A stretch of 64,000 nt of DNA from Planctomycetota bacterium (GTDB lineage Bacteria > Planctomycetota > UBA8108 > SXIK01), in NCBI GenBank assembly GCA_965223265.1, contig OZ244999.1, forward strand, positions 1,888,001 to 1,952,000, in the 5' to 3' direction. The notes under the pieces are model-generated. The model did no database searches, was not told the origin of the DNA, and was given only the letters and a program-made list of their open reading frames with translations. Numbering within the stretch: position 1 is the first letter of the stretch; every line of letters starts with the position of its first letter. This document shows, piece after piece, positions 36,115 to 46,955 of the stretch. Position numbers and translations under genes: made by a program.

Positions 36115-39100
36115 ATGAGATGCTGCCGTTTTTTTGCTACCGGACTTGTCGTCGCCGCTTTCTATTCTGCCGCTGCTCTTCATGTCGCGGCCGCGCCGCG
36201 CGGCGTTGGTGACGCCGCCGCTGAGCTCTTGGGGGCAACTGGAGTCGAGCGTGGAGTGTGCGCTGTGGTCGGAGTCGGAAGTCGTTGCGCTCGCGCGTCC
36301 GCCTTGGCGTTGGCGATCGCAGAAAGCAGTGAACTGTCCGTTCATGCGCGTCTTGCCGACCGCGCTGCCGTGTCCCCGCTCCGCGAACAGGCCCGGGCGC
36401 TCGGTTATGACTTGCGCCGGGTTGCAGTTGAAGGTGGACCGTGCGCCACGCTTCCGTATGCGACGGATCTTGTGGATCTCGTGGTCATTCCAGGTGTCGC
36501 CTCATCGGAGTTGGCCGCGCTGGATGCCGCCGAGATCCTGCGAGTGCTGCGCCCCGGAGGCTTTGCTCTGGTCGAATCGCAGGGCAACGGGGACGGTGCT
36601 TTGAACGTGGAAGCGCTACGTCGATGGGTGGACGGCATCGGCGCCACAGGTGTCGGGGTGCTCGAAGGCGTGAGCAACGGGCAGTGGGTCCGCTTCAGCA
36701 AGCCGGTGCCGGAGGGGCGAGACGATTGGAGCCACTGGGAGCACGGACCGGACAACAATCCGGTCTCCGCTGATCGCCTGATCAAAGCACCGTACATGAC
36801 GCAGTTTCTCGCCGAGCCGTTTTACATTCCGATCCCCTCGGTGACGACGGCTGCTGGCGGGCGCACGTTTCTTGCGATTGGGCATATCGCCCATCACCGC
36901 CGTGAGTGGGACATGCTCTATCAGCTCATCGCGCGAAACGGCTACAACGGGACGATTCTCTGGCAGCGCCAACTCCCTGAGGGTTATCTCGTGCATCGAT
37001 CTGCGTTTGTCGCGACCGACGACACGTTCTATATGATCGACGGCAGACACTGCCTCCAACTCGATCCACAGACCGGTGAGGAGCAGGGACGTATTCGGTT
37101 GCAGGGCGTCGCGGGGGAATGGAAATGGATGGCCAAAGTGGGGAACATTCTCTACGCGCTCGTCGGCAGCAAGGGACCAGGTACGCAAGTGATGCGAGGA
37201 GATCGTTCGTTCGGCGGTTGGAGCTGGGGCGACATGAGCCGTGGCTACTACGGCAAGCCTCGGATTCCATTTGGATTTGGGCGGAGCATCGCAGCGTATG
37301 ACCTCGACGCCGAACGAGTGATTTGGCACGAGCGCGAGGATGCCAACATCGACTCTCGCACGATGGCAATTCGCGACGGCAAGCTCTTCTATTTCTGTCC
37401 GGAAGCGCACCTCCGCGCCCGTGATGTTGCATCGGGGTCTGTTGTTTGGACCAACGACGATCAAGCCGTCCTGAACCTTATCGAGGAGCCTGGGAAGAAG
37501 CTCACTTCGACGCCTGGGTTTCGTACCGCGTGCATAGCCGTGGCGACTCCCGACGCGCTGATTCTTCAAGGTCAGACGCGAATGAACGTTGTTGCTGTTT
37601 CGACCCAGGACGGGAAGCTTCTGTGGAAGAAACCGAAGATCACGAACAATCCCAACGCTATTTTTGTCGACGACAACGTGATTCTTGCGGTCGGACCAGA
37701 AGCAAGCCACGTGGTCGTCGAGCCGAAAAGCGGCGACGTGCTCGCGAACCTCGGTTTCAAAAAGGTTGCATGCACCCGCCTCACCGCTAGCATGGATTCC
37801 TTCTTCTGTCGTGGCGAAGGAATGCTGCGATTCGATCGCTACTTCGGCAAGGTGTTGGTTGACGGTGCAGCGCGTCCCGCGTGTAACGATGGAGCGATGC
37901 CCGCAAATGGCCTTCTCTACTTGGGCCCGTGGCAGTGCGACTGCAATCTGTCGTTGATCGGCAACGTCGCCAAGTGTTCCGCTGGAGATTTTAAATTCGA
38001 CTACGTGGCCAGTGATCAGGAGCGTCTGGAACGATCGAACGGCGCAGGTGAGGTTGCCGAATTTCCTGTCTCACCGAGCGATTGGCCGACTTATCGTGGT
38101 GGCAGCCACCGCGGCGCACGCTCGGCGGCTTCTATTGCGGCTTCGGCAGAGCAATCGAAGTGGACCTATCAGGGAGAAATCGCGCATCGCCCGAGTGTCG
38201 CAGCGGCGGCCAATGGATCGCTTTTTTTCGCAGGTGACGACGGCGTCGTCCGGTCTCTCGATGCGGCGAGCGGCCGCGTCCTCTGGGAGTTTGCCACTGG
38301 TGGGCCGGTGAAGTATCCACCGACGATCGCGGCGGGTCGAGCGTTCTTCGGCAGTGGCGACGGGTACGCGTACGCTTTAGAGGCCAGCAGCGGAAAACTC
38401 CTGTGGCGATTTCGTGCTGCACCTATTGAGCGCCATATTATGGTCTATGGGACTCTCGGCTCGACGTGGCCAGTGCACAGCGGCGTCCTGGTACATGGTG
38501 GCGTGTGTTACTTCGCGGCCGGGATCATTGATCAAGACGGTACGTATGTCTACGCTCTCGACGCTGCGAGCGGAAAGGTGAAGTGGCAGAACAATTCGTC
38601 CGGGCATCTCAACAAGCAGTTGCGTAAGGGCGTCAGTGTGCAGGGGAATCTGACTCTCTCCGGCGATCGTCTACTTTTGGCGGGCGGCAACCAAGTTTCT
38701 CCGGCGCCGTATGACCTCGGCAGCGGTCGATGTTTGGCGAAGAGTTTTGAACAAGGACGGCCCAAGGCGAACAATGGAAATTTCCTTGGCATACTGCGCG
38801 GTGAAACCGCGATTGTCGGCGGACGCGTCCTTTATTCAGCGCCGCAGAATGTGTCAACCAAAGGGAGCTTCGAGCTCACATCGCCGACGAGGAAAATGCG
38901 GTTGAACTACGGGGGCGTGGCGCCGGCGTGGAATAGCGACGTCGTGGCGATGGTTAATTTTAAATACGGTAAGCTCATGGCGTGCGACATCGGGTCGGTC
39001 GTGAAGAGTTTCGAGTCCGGCGATCTTGGAGGAGCCCGGACCATTGCAGAAGCTCTCGCGCGCGACGGCGAGGTCCTTTGGCAGTCGGACCTCGGTCGCG

Positions 39101-39345
39101 CGGAGAAGTTCGAGGTGCTGTCACTTGCGATGTCGGCGAATGCCGTCGTTGCCGTCGCTCAGTACCAACATCCTCACCGCGCTCACCCCCAATGGACCGT
39201 CGTCGCCTATGACCTGAAGAACGGCGAGGAACTCTCTCGCGTGAGGCTCGACCAAGAACCACTTCCTGGCGGACTTTTGATCGACCGAGATGGCAGAATT
39301 GTCGTCAGCCTCATCGATGGAGGCATGATCTGTTGGGGAGCTTGA
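36115..39345 (+). CDS. Methyltransferase-like + PQQ/BamB-type beta-propeller repeat protein
   Basis: LPYATDLVD...RVLRPGG, DDWSHWEHGPDNN, and repeated ALDA.SG..LW blades. This architecture is typical of planctomycetes. Confidence 0.82.
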   Translation: MRCCRFFATGLVVAAFYSAAALHVAAAPRGVGDAAAELLGATGVERGVCAVVGVGSRCARASALALAIAESSELSVHARLADRAAVSPLREQARALGYDLRRVAVEGGPCATLPYATDLVDLVVIPGVASSELAALDAAEILRVLRPGGFALVESQGNGDGALNVEALRRWVDGIGATGVGVLEGVSNGQWVRFSKPVPEGRDDWSHWEHGPDNNPVSADRLIKAPYMTQFLAEPFYIPIPSVTTAAGGRTFLAIGHIAHHRREWDMLYQLIARNGYNGTILWQRQLPEGYLVHRSAFVATDDTFYMIDGRHCLQLDPQTGEEQGRIRLQGVAGEWKWMAKVGNILYALVGSKGPGTQVMRGDRSFGGWSWGDMSRGYYGKPRIPFGFGRSIAAYDLDAERVIWHEREDANIDSRTMAIRDGKLFYFCPEAHLRARDVASGSVVWTNDDQAVLNLIEEPGKKLTSTPGFRTACIAVATPDALILQGQTRMNVVAVSTQDGKLLWKKPKITNNPNAIFVDDNVILAVGPEASHVVVEPKSGDVLANLGFKKVACTRLTASMDSFFCRGEGMLRFDRYFGKVLVDGAARPACNDGAMPANGLLYLGPWQCDCNLSLIGNVAKCSAGDFKFDYVASDQERLERSNGAGEVAEFPVSPSDWPTYRGGSHRGARSAASIAASAEQSKWTYQGEIAHRPSVAAAANGSLFFAGDDGVVRSLDAASGRVLWEFATGGPVKYPPTIAAGRAFFGSGDGYAYALEASSGKLLWRFRAAPIERHIMVYGTLGSTWPVHSGVLVHGGVCYFAAGIIDQDGTYVYALDAASGKVKWQNNSSGHLNKQLRKGVSVQGNLTLSGDRLLLAGGNQVSPAPYDLGSGRCLAKSFEQGRPKANNGNFLGILRGETAIVGGRVLYSAPQNVSTKGSFELTSPTRKMRLNYGGVAPAWNSDVVAMVNFKYGKLMACDIGSVVKSFESGDLGGARTIAEALARDGEVLWQSDLGRAEKFEVLSLAMSANAVVAVAQYQHPHRAHPQWTVVAYDLKNGEELSRVRLDQEPLPGGLLIDRDGRIVVSLIDGGMICWGA

Positions 39346-39406
39346 CGACTCCGATCTTCACTCAACGTCTCTAAACGCCAAGCGAAGCGTTCGACAATGT
39401 CGTCTC

Positions 39407-42400
39407 TCACGCGTCGCACGGCAGGAACGCCTGGCATGTGAGCGTATCTGCCGTGACGTCGAAGTCGCAATTCTCGGCAGGCTGCGGGAGAGGCGAGCCG
39501 CCGGCGAAGAGGCGGAGCAGAATCGTGACGGCGTCGGTGACGGTGATTTTGCCGTCGTCATTGGCGTCCGCGGCTTTAACACAGCTTGGCTCAGTGCCGC
39601 GCCTGAAGAGAAATCCGAGAATTGAAAGCGGGTCCGCGACGTCCAGCTGGGCGTCGGCGTTCGCATCGCCGCGGCGAAATGCGACGTCCCCGCGTGGATC
39701 GATTTCGCCACGCTCGAAACTCGTCACCGACGGCGTGCCGATGACATCAAAGCTCTCGTCGAGATAGAGAACACTTGCCTCCTTGACTACTGGGGGAGGA
39801 CCGCCTTCGAACTCGCGGTCCGGAACCCCAATCTCTATCACTCGGACCGGTTTCTCGAGGCTCGGAAGAACGAGCATCGGCTCTAGCACGACCCAGTACT
39901 TGACCTCGACGTTGTGTCGACGCGCACTGTAGGCAAGACGCCAGTAGTCGGTTTCCGTTCGAACTTCACCTTCCAGCTCGACTCGGGCACGAGTGAGGCT
40001 TGCAGGACCGGTCTCCGTAAGACTCTCCGCCTCGAGGAATCGTTCCTCCAGGTGGATGACCGAACCGTCGTCGAGGCCGATGTCCATAGCGAACAGTGGC
40101 AACAGTTCGTAGCGGCATGAAGAGTAGCTGGCGACAGGCACGTCATTGAGGGAGCCAATCATCGACAGTTCGGACGTGAGGTACTCTTCGTCAAGCGCGC
40201 GCTGTCTCTGGAGTGGGACGCCCCCGCGGCTTTTGAAGTTGACATCGAAAATCTCGAGCTTGAGGGAGTCTCCGTTCGGAAGCACGAACGATTGCTCGAA
40301 ATCGAAGCGGTAGGTGACGTCGCTGCCGGTAGCCCCAAGTCGGCGAACTCGAAACAGGCCGTCGTCGAGTGGATCCGCGAGGAGCTGTTCGGGACCAAAA
40401 CGCACTTCGTCAAAGAGCTCTCCGGAGAAAGAGTCGCTACCGGTTGGTAGTTCCAAAATACCTGGTTTGAACTGAGCAACGCTCTTGAGCTCATACTCGA
40501 CACGCGGGCCGCGGCCGAGTCGCTCTCCGGAGAACACCGCGCAAGCCGAAGTTCCTTCTTCGATCGCTAATTCGAATGTCGGAGACTGGGGTACGGTGCT
40601 CGGCACCAGGAACGGTCGCACCTGTTTTACGGCGAGCGACCCATCACTTTCGATCTTGAACTCAAAATCCAGCAGCACTTCCTCGCGGTCATGGCCTTCG
40701 AGGTCGAGCGGTAGGTTCGCATCGACGTGCGCCATGAGTGCGCCTAACTCTCGCAGCTGATCATCCGTCATCACTGTCTCTCCCGGGGCAACAAGAGAGG
40801 AACTTCGTTCGCGAATGATTCGAGCAACTTGGCCGGACTCGATTTCGAGCAGGTTGCGTTCGACTGTGGTTCCTGGCTCTGGGCTGACGACACTCGCCTC
40901 ACCAACCTGTGCCGTGATCACATAGCGCTTGTCTGCCGTGTTTCGTGGACTACCGGTGAAAGCAACGCCGTTGACCGCTTCGTCAAGGAAGGCGCGGTTG
41001 ACCAGGATTCCCATCGCGATCGAGTCAGCGGGGACCTGAAAGAACGTTCGCTCCTCGTGGGCCCGAAACGTCCACAGACTGGTCCATACCTTCTTCAATG
41101 CCCTCTCGATCGTTCGTTCGTTCGTCCGCTGAGAGTCGCAGTGCGAGCTGTCGGGGCTAGAGGGGTCGATCGTGTCTTCAGCGCAGACGGACGTCGATTC
41201 ATAAAGCCCCGCGCCGCTGAACTCGAGTGTATCTTCGAGGTTCGAAGAAGATCGAAACCTCACCATGGTTCGAGTGCCCCCGAACACTTCTGAGATCCGC
41301 GCGATCAGTTGCGCGACGAGGTCCGGATCCACGATTCCTTCGCTACGAGCGCGATCGCGAAACTGATCGAGCGCTACGAATCGCTGCTCAGAGTCGCTCT
41401 GGAAATCGTCGTTGGCGATCAGCTCTTCGATGTAGTCACGATATGTGACTTCACGACCGTCGACGGTCAGGGTGTTCGCTTCCATGAACTCGAGGTAGTA
41501 GCGAACAGGAATGGCGAAACCGGCTTCCTGGTACTGCACGAACGGACCCGTCAGTTGGCGCTGCAGGCGCGCTAAGTTGGTCGCTTTGCCGCCGAACCTG
41601 GCGACTGGCGTAAACGTTTCGGTGGCGAGTAGATCCATCTCGTGAAATTGGTCGAGGCCGCCGTACGCCACGTCGAGCGTCGGAGTGGTCGGTAGAGACG
41701 GCCGGCTACTACTCCAGAATTCTTGAGCTTCTTCGATCGTTGCCGCGTCTACGAAGTACTGGTCGGCCAAGACCTGCAAGCGGACGAGCTGACCGGCCCA
41801 AGGGGTGAAGGCCTCGCGAGCATCGCGCACGAATGCGTTGGGCGTCCCGCGTCTTGCTGTACGTACGGCGACATGGCTCAAACTGCCTTGGATCGCGCCG
41901 GTGATGACGCCGCCGACGACGCCTTCTATGTCTCGAGGTGCCTCATCCACGACGATCACATCCTGAAACGTCAATCGCCCGCTATCGCTCGCCTCTTCGA
42001 ATTCGGCCAGCGTCAGCAGGCGCACTCGACCGTAGCCAACCGCGATGGTGTACGGCTCATAGTCGATGCCTGGGTCTCCACTCTCGAACAGAATGTCGAA
42101 GGGTGGGTTTGTCCACTCCTCCGCACGTCGGCGTGCGAGGTCGCCCTCGGGTTGGTATACGAGCGGTCGCAGGTCGAACGACTGCTGCAGAGTGTCATAA
42201 ACCGCTTGAACCTCTTCAAGCAGGAGCAGCTCTTGCACATCAAAGCCGGTGTCTGCGACCACTGAAAAGGCGTAGACGATGCCGTTTGGCGTTTCAGTCC
42301 GCAAAATCGCTCCAATGTAATAGTCGCGTGTGGCACGACGTCCGACGAGTGTGTCGAAGAAGTCCCGATCGTCCGGCAGCGTCGGAAACATCTCCGGAAA

Positions 42401-44863
42401 GACGCCCCCCAGAAATTCTTCGTGGAGGCGCCAGCGGTTGATGTTCTGAAAGTGTGTCGGTAGTAGGTTCGGGTCGTCGCGCACTGGGACGATATACTTC
42501 GTCGCACGCAAGGCAGAACCGGATGACTGCAGAGGAAGAGAGATTCGAAAGAAATCCGCCGCGGTGCACACGTCTGTGAGCGCATCGGCTGCGAAGGGCG
42601 CCACGTCCAGGGCATTGCGCACAACCGAGACGGTTCCCGTCAATCGATTCGCGATGGCTAAGTCGATGCTGCCGTTGCCGTCCAGGTCGCCGCTGCTGCC
42701 GAATCGCGGCTCGCTTTCGACTTGGATCTCGATCGGCGCTCCGAAGGTGCGATCTGGTCGTGTGATGAGGAGCGCCACGGTGCCTCCGTTCACGCTCATG
42801 CCGATGACATCGGGGCGTCCATCACCGCTGATGTCATCGGTTACCAAGGAATAGATCGGCAAGCCGTTTGCGGGTGCGTTCGTCTCGTCCCACTGCCCAC
42901 CGCCGTTATTCCACAGCACCGCGATCGAGCGTCCCGATTCGCTTCCCGTGGCAAGATCGACGCGTCCGTCTTGATCGAAGTCATTGGCGACGATGAAATT
43001 CGGGCGCTCCGTGACGAACACGCTAACCGGAGGTCGAAACACTCCCGGCGACGCCTGCTCGAGCAGCGTCACTTCTCCGGATCCGATCCCGGCCGTCGCG
43101 ATGTCCAGGTCTCCGTCGTGATCGAAATCGACGACGACACTGGCGCGAGGGATGCTCCCGACACGCAGCTCCTGTTCGCGAACGAAAGTGCCGTCGCGCT
43201 GATTCCGTAGCACAGTTACCGTGCTCACGGTTGGATTCGATGTTACGAGCTCCGGATATCCGTCGTCGTCGAGGTCGCCGCTCGTGATGTGAAATGCCCC
43301 CGAGCCGACGTCGTAAGTTGGGCCGAGTGCGAATGCACCCTGACCGTCGTTGAGCAGCAGGCCAGCGATGCTGAAACGAGGATCCACCACAGCCATGTCG
43401 AGATCGGAGTCTGCGTCGATGTCCACGAGCCTCAAGTTGAACGACGCCAAGTGGGACTCGACGTGCGTTGGGCCCGTGAACGTACCGTCGCCGTTGTTCA
43501 TGAACACCGAATAACCGACGGGCGAATTCATTCGATTGTTGCCCGTCACGATATCGATGTCACCGTCGCCGTCGAGGTCGCCAGAGCTCTCTGAGTGAGG
43601 GAAACCATCGACGATCAGTCGTTCTGGTGGGTGGAACGGGATGAAGTTCCGCTCCGCGCGCTCGTCGTTCCAGAGAAGCGTGGCTGTCTCGTTCCCAACC
43701 ACCGTGAGCGTTAGCTCTTTGTCACCGTCGCCGTCGAGGTCGAAGGCGCCAGCAGCGGCCGGCCGCCGTCCGAGATTCAGTGCGCTGATATCGAACGTAC
43801 CACTGTCAGTCCCGCGAAACACGACAGTCCCTTGTGGATTGCTCACAACGGCGATCAAATCGCTGTGCCCATCGCCTGCGAGATCTGAAGTCAGCAGCTG
43901 GTCCGGCGCAAAGCTGACGCGAAGCTGACGAGATTCAAGCGCTCCGGTTTGGCTTTGTAACAGGACGTCGATTCCATCGCGGTAGCCGACGGCGAGGTCC
44001 GCACGGCCGTCACCATTGAAGTCTCCAGCCGCCAGGTGTTCAGGCCTTTCCCGATTCAGGGGCAGCCGCTCTGCAACTGCGAAGGCGCCATCGCCATCGC
44101 CGCGTAGTATCGAGAGGTCAGAAGAGTCGCGGTTTGCCGTGACGACATCCAAAGCTCCGTCGCCGTCGAGGTCGGCTACGACAACCGCGGCTGGGTACTC
44201 GCCAACAGCATACTCACGGAGCGACGGCTGCACGCCATTCTCCCCTGTGTGCAAGGCGACCGTGACGTTGTCGCCAACACGGTTGGCGACGACCAGGTCG
44301 CTCGCAGAGTCGTTCGAGAACTGGCCGACGGCGAGCGCCTGCAGTCCGTTCGCCAGCGGCGTGCCTTCCGGCACTGCAAAAGTACCCGCACCATCGCCGT
44401 AGAGGATTACAAAGCGCGAAGGTTGGAGCGCGGCCAAGTCGGAGCTGCCATCGCCGTTGAAGTCGCCGACACACCAAGCCTTGGTACGTCCCTCCAGCAG
44501 AGTCCGCGACGTCGAAAACTGTGTTTCTGGTCCAGATTCAGGGCCTGTCGCGTCCCGGAGGGCTAACGTGACGCCGTCGACGTTTCCTGCCGCAATGTCC
44601 GCCAAACCGTCGCCGTTGAAGTCGGCGCTCGTCACGGAATGGGAGCTCAGTCCGACACCTAGCAGCGTTCGGGTCCGGAGCGCAAGAGGCGCGGCTTCGC
44701 ACTCATCTGGGATGAGGTTGTCATTGCAATCGAGACTTGCACCCGACGCTGTTTCGTCGGCATCTGTCAGGCCGCTGAAATTGCAGTCTGCTGCGTCGAT
44801 GCCACCGCCGAAAAAGAGCACCAACGACGCAGGTAAGAGAAGAAATAGCCCGAAGCGATTCAT
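39407..44863 (-). CDS. Secreted FG-GAP repeat / phospho-His / PPDK-type ATP-grasp / dockerin-like protein
   Basis: Signal peptide, DCN..PDEC repeat, about 12 FG-GAP repeats, LSHVAVRTARRGTPNA, FGGKATNLA, RFRSSSNLED..FSGAGLYES, DFEFK..KQVRP, C-terminal FRRGDANAD. Confidence 0.85.
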   Translation of the reverse strand: MNRFGLFLLLPASLVLFFGGGIDAADCNFSGLTDADETASGASLDCNDNLIPDECEAAPLALRTRTLLGVGLSSHSVTSADFNGDGLADIAAGNVDGVTLALRDATGPESGPETQFSTSRTLLEGRTKAWCVGDFNGDGSSDLAALQPSRFVILYGDGAGTFAVPEGTPLANGLQALAVGQFSNDSASDLVVANRVGDNVTVALHTGENGVQPSLREYAVGEYPAAVVVADLDGDGALDVVTANRDSSDLSILRGDGDGAFAVAERLPLNRERPEHLAAGDFNGDGRADLAVGYRDGIDVLLQSQTGALESRQLRVSFAPDQLLTSDLAGDGHSDLIAVVSNPQGTVVFRGTDSGTFDISALNLGRRPAAAGAFDLDGDGDKELTLTVVGNETATLLWNDERAERNFIPFHPPERLIVDGFPHSESSGDLDGDGDIDIVTGNNRMNSPVGYSVFMNNGDGTFTGPTHVESHLASFNLRLVDIDADSDLDMAVVDPRFSIAGLLLNDGQGAFALGPTYDVGSGAFHITSGDLDDDGYPELVTSNPTVSTVTVLRNQRDGTFVREQELRVGSIPRASVVVDFDHDGDLDIATAGIGSGEVTLLEQASPGVFRPPVSVFVTERPNFIVANDFDQDGRVDLATGSESGRSIAVLWNNGGGQWDETNAPANGLPIYSLVTDDISGDGRPDVIGMSVNGGTVALLITRPDRTFGAPIEIQVESEPRFGSSGDLDGNGSIDLAIANRLTGTVSVVRNALDVAPFAADALTDVCTAADFFRISLPLQSSGSALRATKYIVPVRDDPNLLPTHFQNINRWRLHEEFLGGVFPEMFPTLPDDRDFFDTLVGRRATRDYYIGAILRTETPNGIVYAFSVVADTGFDVQELLLLEEVQAVYDTLQQSFDLRPLVYQPEGDLARRRAEEWTNPPFDILFESGDPGIDYEPYTIAVGYGRVRLLTLAEFEEASDSGRLTFQDVIVVDEAPRDIEGVVGGVITGAIQGSLSHVAVRTARRGTPNAFVRDAREAFTPWAGQLVRLQVLADQYFVDAATIEEAQEFWSSSRPSLPTTPTLDVAYGGLDQFHEMDLLATETFTPVARFGGKATNLARLQRQLTGPFVQYQEAGFAIPVRYYLEFMEANTLTVDGREVTYRDYIEELIANDDFQSDSEQRFVALDQFRDRARSEGIVDPDLVAQLIARISEVFGGTRTMVRFRSSSNLEDTLEFSGAGLYESTSVCAEDTIDPSSPDSSHCDSQRTNERTIERALKKVWTSLWTFRAHEERTFFQVPADSIAMGILVNRAFLDEAVNGVAFTGSPRNTADKRYVITAQVGEASVVSPEPGTTVERNLLEIESGQVARIIRERSSSLVAPGETVMTDDQLRELGALMAHVDANLPLDLEGHDREEVLLDFEFKIESDGSLAVKQVRPFLVPSTVPQSPTFELAIEEGTSACAVFSGERLGRGPRVEYELKSVAQFKPGILELPTGSDSFSGELFDEVRFGPEQLLADPLDDGLFRVRRLGATGSDVTYRFDFEQSFVLPNGDSLKLEIFDVNFKSRGGVPLQRQRALDEEYLTSELSMIGSLNDVPVASYSSCRYELLPLFAMDIGLDDGSVIHLEERFLEAESLTETGPASLTRARVELEGEVRTETDYWRLAYSARRHNVEVKYWVVLEPMLVLPSLEKPVRVIEIGVPDREFEGGPPPVVKEASVLYLDESFDVIGTPSVTSFERGEIDPRGDVAFRRGDANADAQLDVADPLSILGFLFRRGTEPSCVKAADANDDGKITVTDAVTILLRLFAGGSPLPQPAENCDFDVTADTLTCQAFLPCDA

Positions 44864-45351
44864 GTCGACCGAGAATCCTTGGTACTTTCACATGCATGCA
44901 GTTGCCCCCGGACGTAACGCTTGTCGCCTGCTGGTGGTTCCCGCGAGACGCTTCGCCTTCTACGAGCAGTCCATCCTACCGGTTAGCGAACGCCGAGGGA
45001 ACGTTCCTTCCGGGGGTTGTGAGCTGCCGCCGGGCTGGGGTTCATAAGATGTTGCGTCGCCGCGAGATTTTCCCGATCCTCTTCGTTGACGCGGACGCCA
45101 AATCTGACAGCTCCCACTGGTGGTGGGTGCTCGAGGTTCGCCTGGTCTTCGCGGCTCTAGTAGGGGCTGTGCGTCGGTGTTGATTCTATAGACGGCTGAA
45201 CCTCGAACGTCTTGTCGGTTGCGGCATTCGGTTCATGCTTGCGTGCGCGCCGGCGCCTGCGCGGCGTCGTGCGAATGACCCGCCGACGAGAGGGTCTTGA
45301 ATCGGTTGACTCTACCACTGTCACGACTGAGACTTTGACGGGGAGAACCTT

Positions 45352-46923
45352 ATGCCACGCGTAGCCTGTTTTCTGGCCCTTCTCTTGCCTGTCCTGGCTG
45401 TGTTGTCAGCGGCTGAACCGATCGGCGAAGTGCTCACCGAACCTGTTGACCCAGCCGAGGTGAGGACGACATGGCGCAATCTTGCCAACGAGCAGGTGAT
45501 CTATCCGCTCAGTATGAGCGACGTTCCGGTGCGGCTTGACTCTTCGCACCAACTTTTTCTCGATAATTACCTCATCGCCGAGTCTGACAAAGTCACACGA
45601 CAAGTTCACGAACCGACGCGACATCCAAACAACCCGATCTTCAAGGCGTCTCCCGCCCAGTTCAACCATGCCGTCGTCCAGCACGTGCTCAAGTTTGAGG
45701 CGGCTCCAAGGTTTCGTATGTGGTACTGGTCGTGGGACAACTGGCAGACGCTCCCGAGTGGCCAACGAATTCGGCACGCCTCAAGCTACGCCGTAAGCGA
45801 TGACGGCGTCCATTGGATCAGGCCAGAGCTTGGACTCCACGAGGTGGAGGGATTGCAGGGACCGAACAATGTCGTTGTGCCCTATGGCATGATTCAAGGC
45901 GTTTTCTATCACCCGCAGGCAAGCGATCCCGACCAGCGCTTTAAGGCTCTCGTCTGTGTTGAGAGGAAGAATCCCGTGGTGCGCGAGGGTTACTATTTGC
46001 ACACGTCACCGGACGGGATCCGCTGGCGAGGTGATCTCTCGCACCCGGTGCTTCCCAGCCTCCTCAGCACCTACTACTTGCCACAAGGTGGGGTCGGCGA
46101 TACCTCGCGTTTTTGGTGGGATCCCGTGCGGCGTAAGTATGTGGGTGACATCAAATTCGTCATCTACGGCACCGAGCGTGCTCGCGGCACGATCGAGAGC
46201 GATGATTTGGTTCACTGGTCGCGGGCGACGCCGACGTTCCTCGCGCGCCGCAGTGACGAGACACAGATTTACGGACATCGCGGCTTCAACTACCAGGGGA
46301 TGTACATCGGGATGCGGTGGATTTTCGTTCCCGCCCGCAGTCAACGTCATTCGACGTACGTTGAGCTCGACTGCAGCCGCGATGGCAGGATCTGGACTCG
46401 CGTCGGCGCTGGCCAACCGTTCATGAGCTTCCGCGACCAACACGACACTTGGGATGCGTCGATCGTACGACCTGTCGCGATGCTCGAGGTCGGTGACGAA
46501 GTCTGGGTCTACTATTTCGGTGCACCGACTGAGTTGGAGTCGCGTCACCCGAATCTGCCGGCGCACCATAAAACTGATTACGCTCTGGGGTTGGCTACGC
46601 TACGGCGTGATCGATTCGTCTCCATCAACGCTAGCGATGACGTCGGTCTTTTGATCACGCGCCCACTCAATTTCACAGGTGACAGATTGCGAGTGAACGC
46701 CGTTGTCCACGAGGGCGGCAGCATCCGGGTGGGTGTGGTGGATCGAGACGGTCGACCGATGGCGGGCTACGAATCGGGGAGGTGCACACCGCTCGGCGGC
46801 GATGAGATTGATGTCCCGGTATCGTGGGCTGAAACGGACACGCTGGGCGGACTGCAAAATTCCGGCGTGCGTCTTCGGTTTGAAATGCGGCGAGCGCAGC
46901 TGTTTTCCTTCTGGATCGACTGA
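45352..46923 (+). CDS. Secreted five-bladed propeller glycoside hydrolase-like protein (GH32/43 clan-like)
   Basis: Signal peptide, QLFLDNYLI, Asp-box repeats SDDGVHW / SPDGIRW / SDDLVHW / SRDGRIW, and LRRDRFVS. Confidence 0.7.
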   Translation: MPRVACFLALLLPVLAVLSAAEPIGEVLTEPVDPAEVRTTWRNLANEQVIYPLSMSDVPVRLDSSHQLFLDNYLIAESDKVTRQVHEPTRHPNNPIFKASPAQFNHAVVQHVLKFEAAPRFRMWYWSWDNWQTLPSGQRIRHASSYAVSDDGVHWIRPELGLHEVEGLQGPNNVVVPYGMIQGVFYHPQASDPDQRFKALVCVERKNPVVREGYYLHTSPDGIRWRGDLSHPVLPSLLSTYYLPQGGVGDTSRFWWDPVRRKYVGDIKFVIYGTERARGTIESDDLVHWSRATPTFLARRSDETQIYGHRGFNYQGMYIGMRWIFVPARSQRHSTYVELDCSRDGRIWTRVGAGQPFMSFRDQHDTWDASIVRPVAMLEVGDEVWVYYFGAPTELESRHPNLPAHHKTDYALGLATLRRDRFVSINASDDVGLLITRPLNFTGDRLRVNAVVHEGGSIRVGVVDRDGRPMAGYESGRCTPLGGDEIDVPVSWAETDTLGGLQNSGVRLRFEMRRAQLFSFWID

Positions 46924-46955
46924 GACGCTGGCGGTGTGAAGGTCTGGCGCTAGCC

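Noticed and set aside
44990-45025. SRP RNA (ccggaaggaa on the minus strand) or 6S RNA
   Set aside because: The flanking CAGG and AGCAG of SRP helix 8 are missing, and I see no convincing 6S central bubble.
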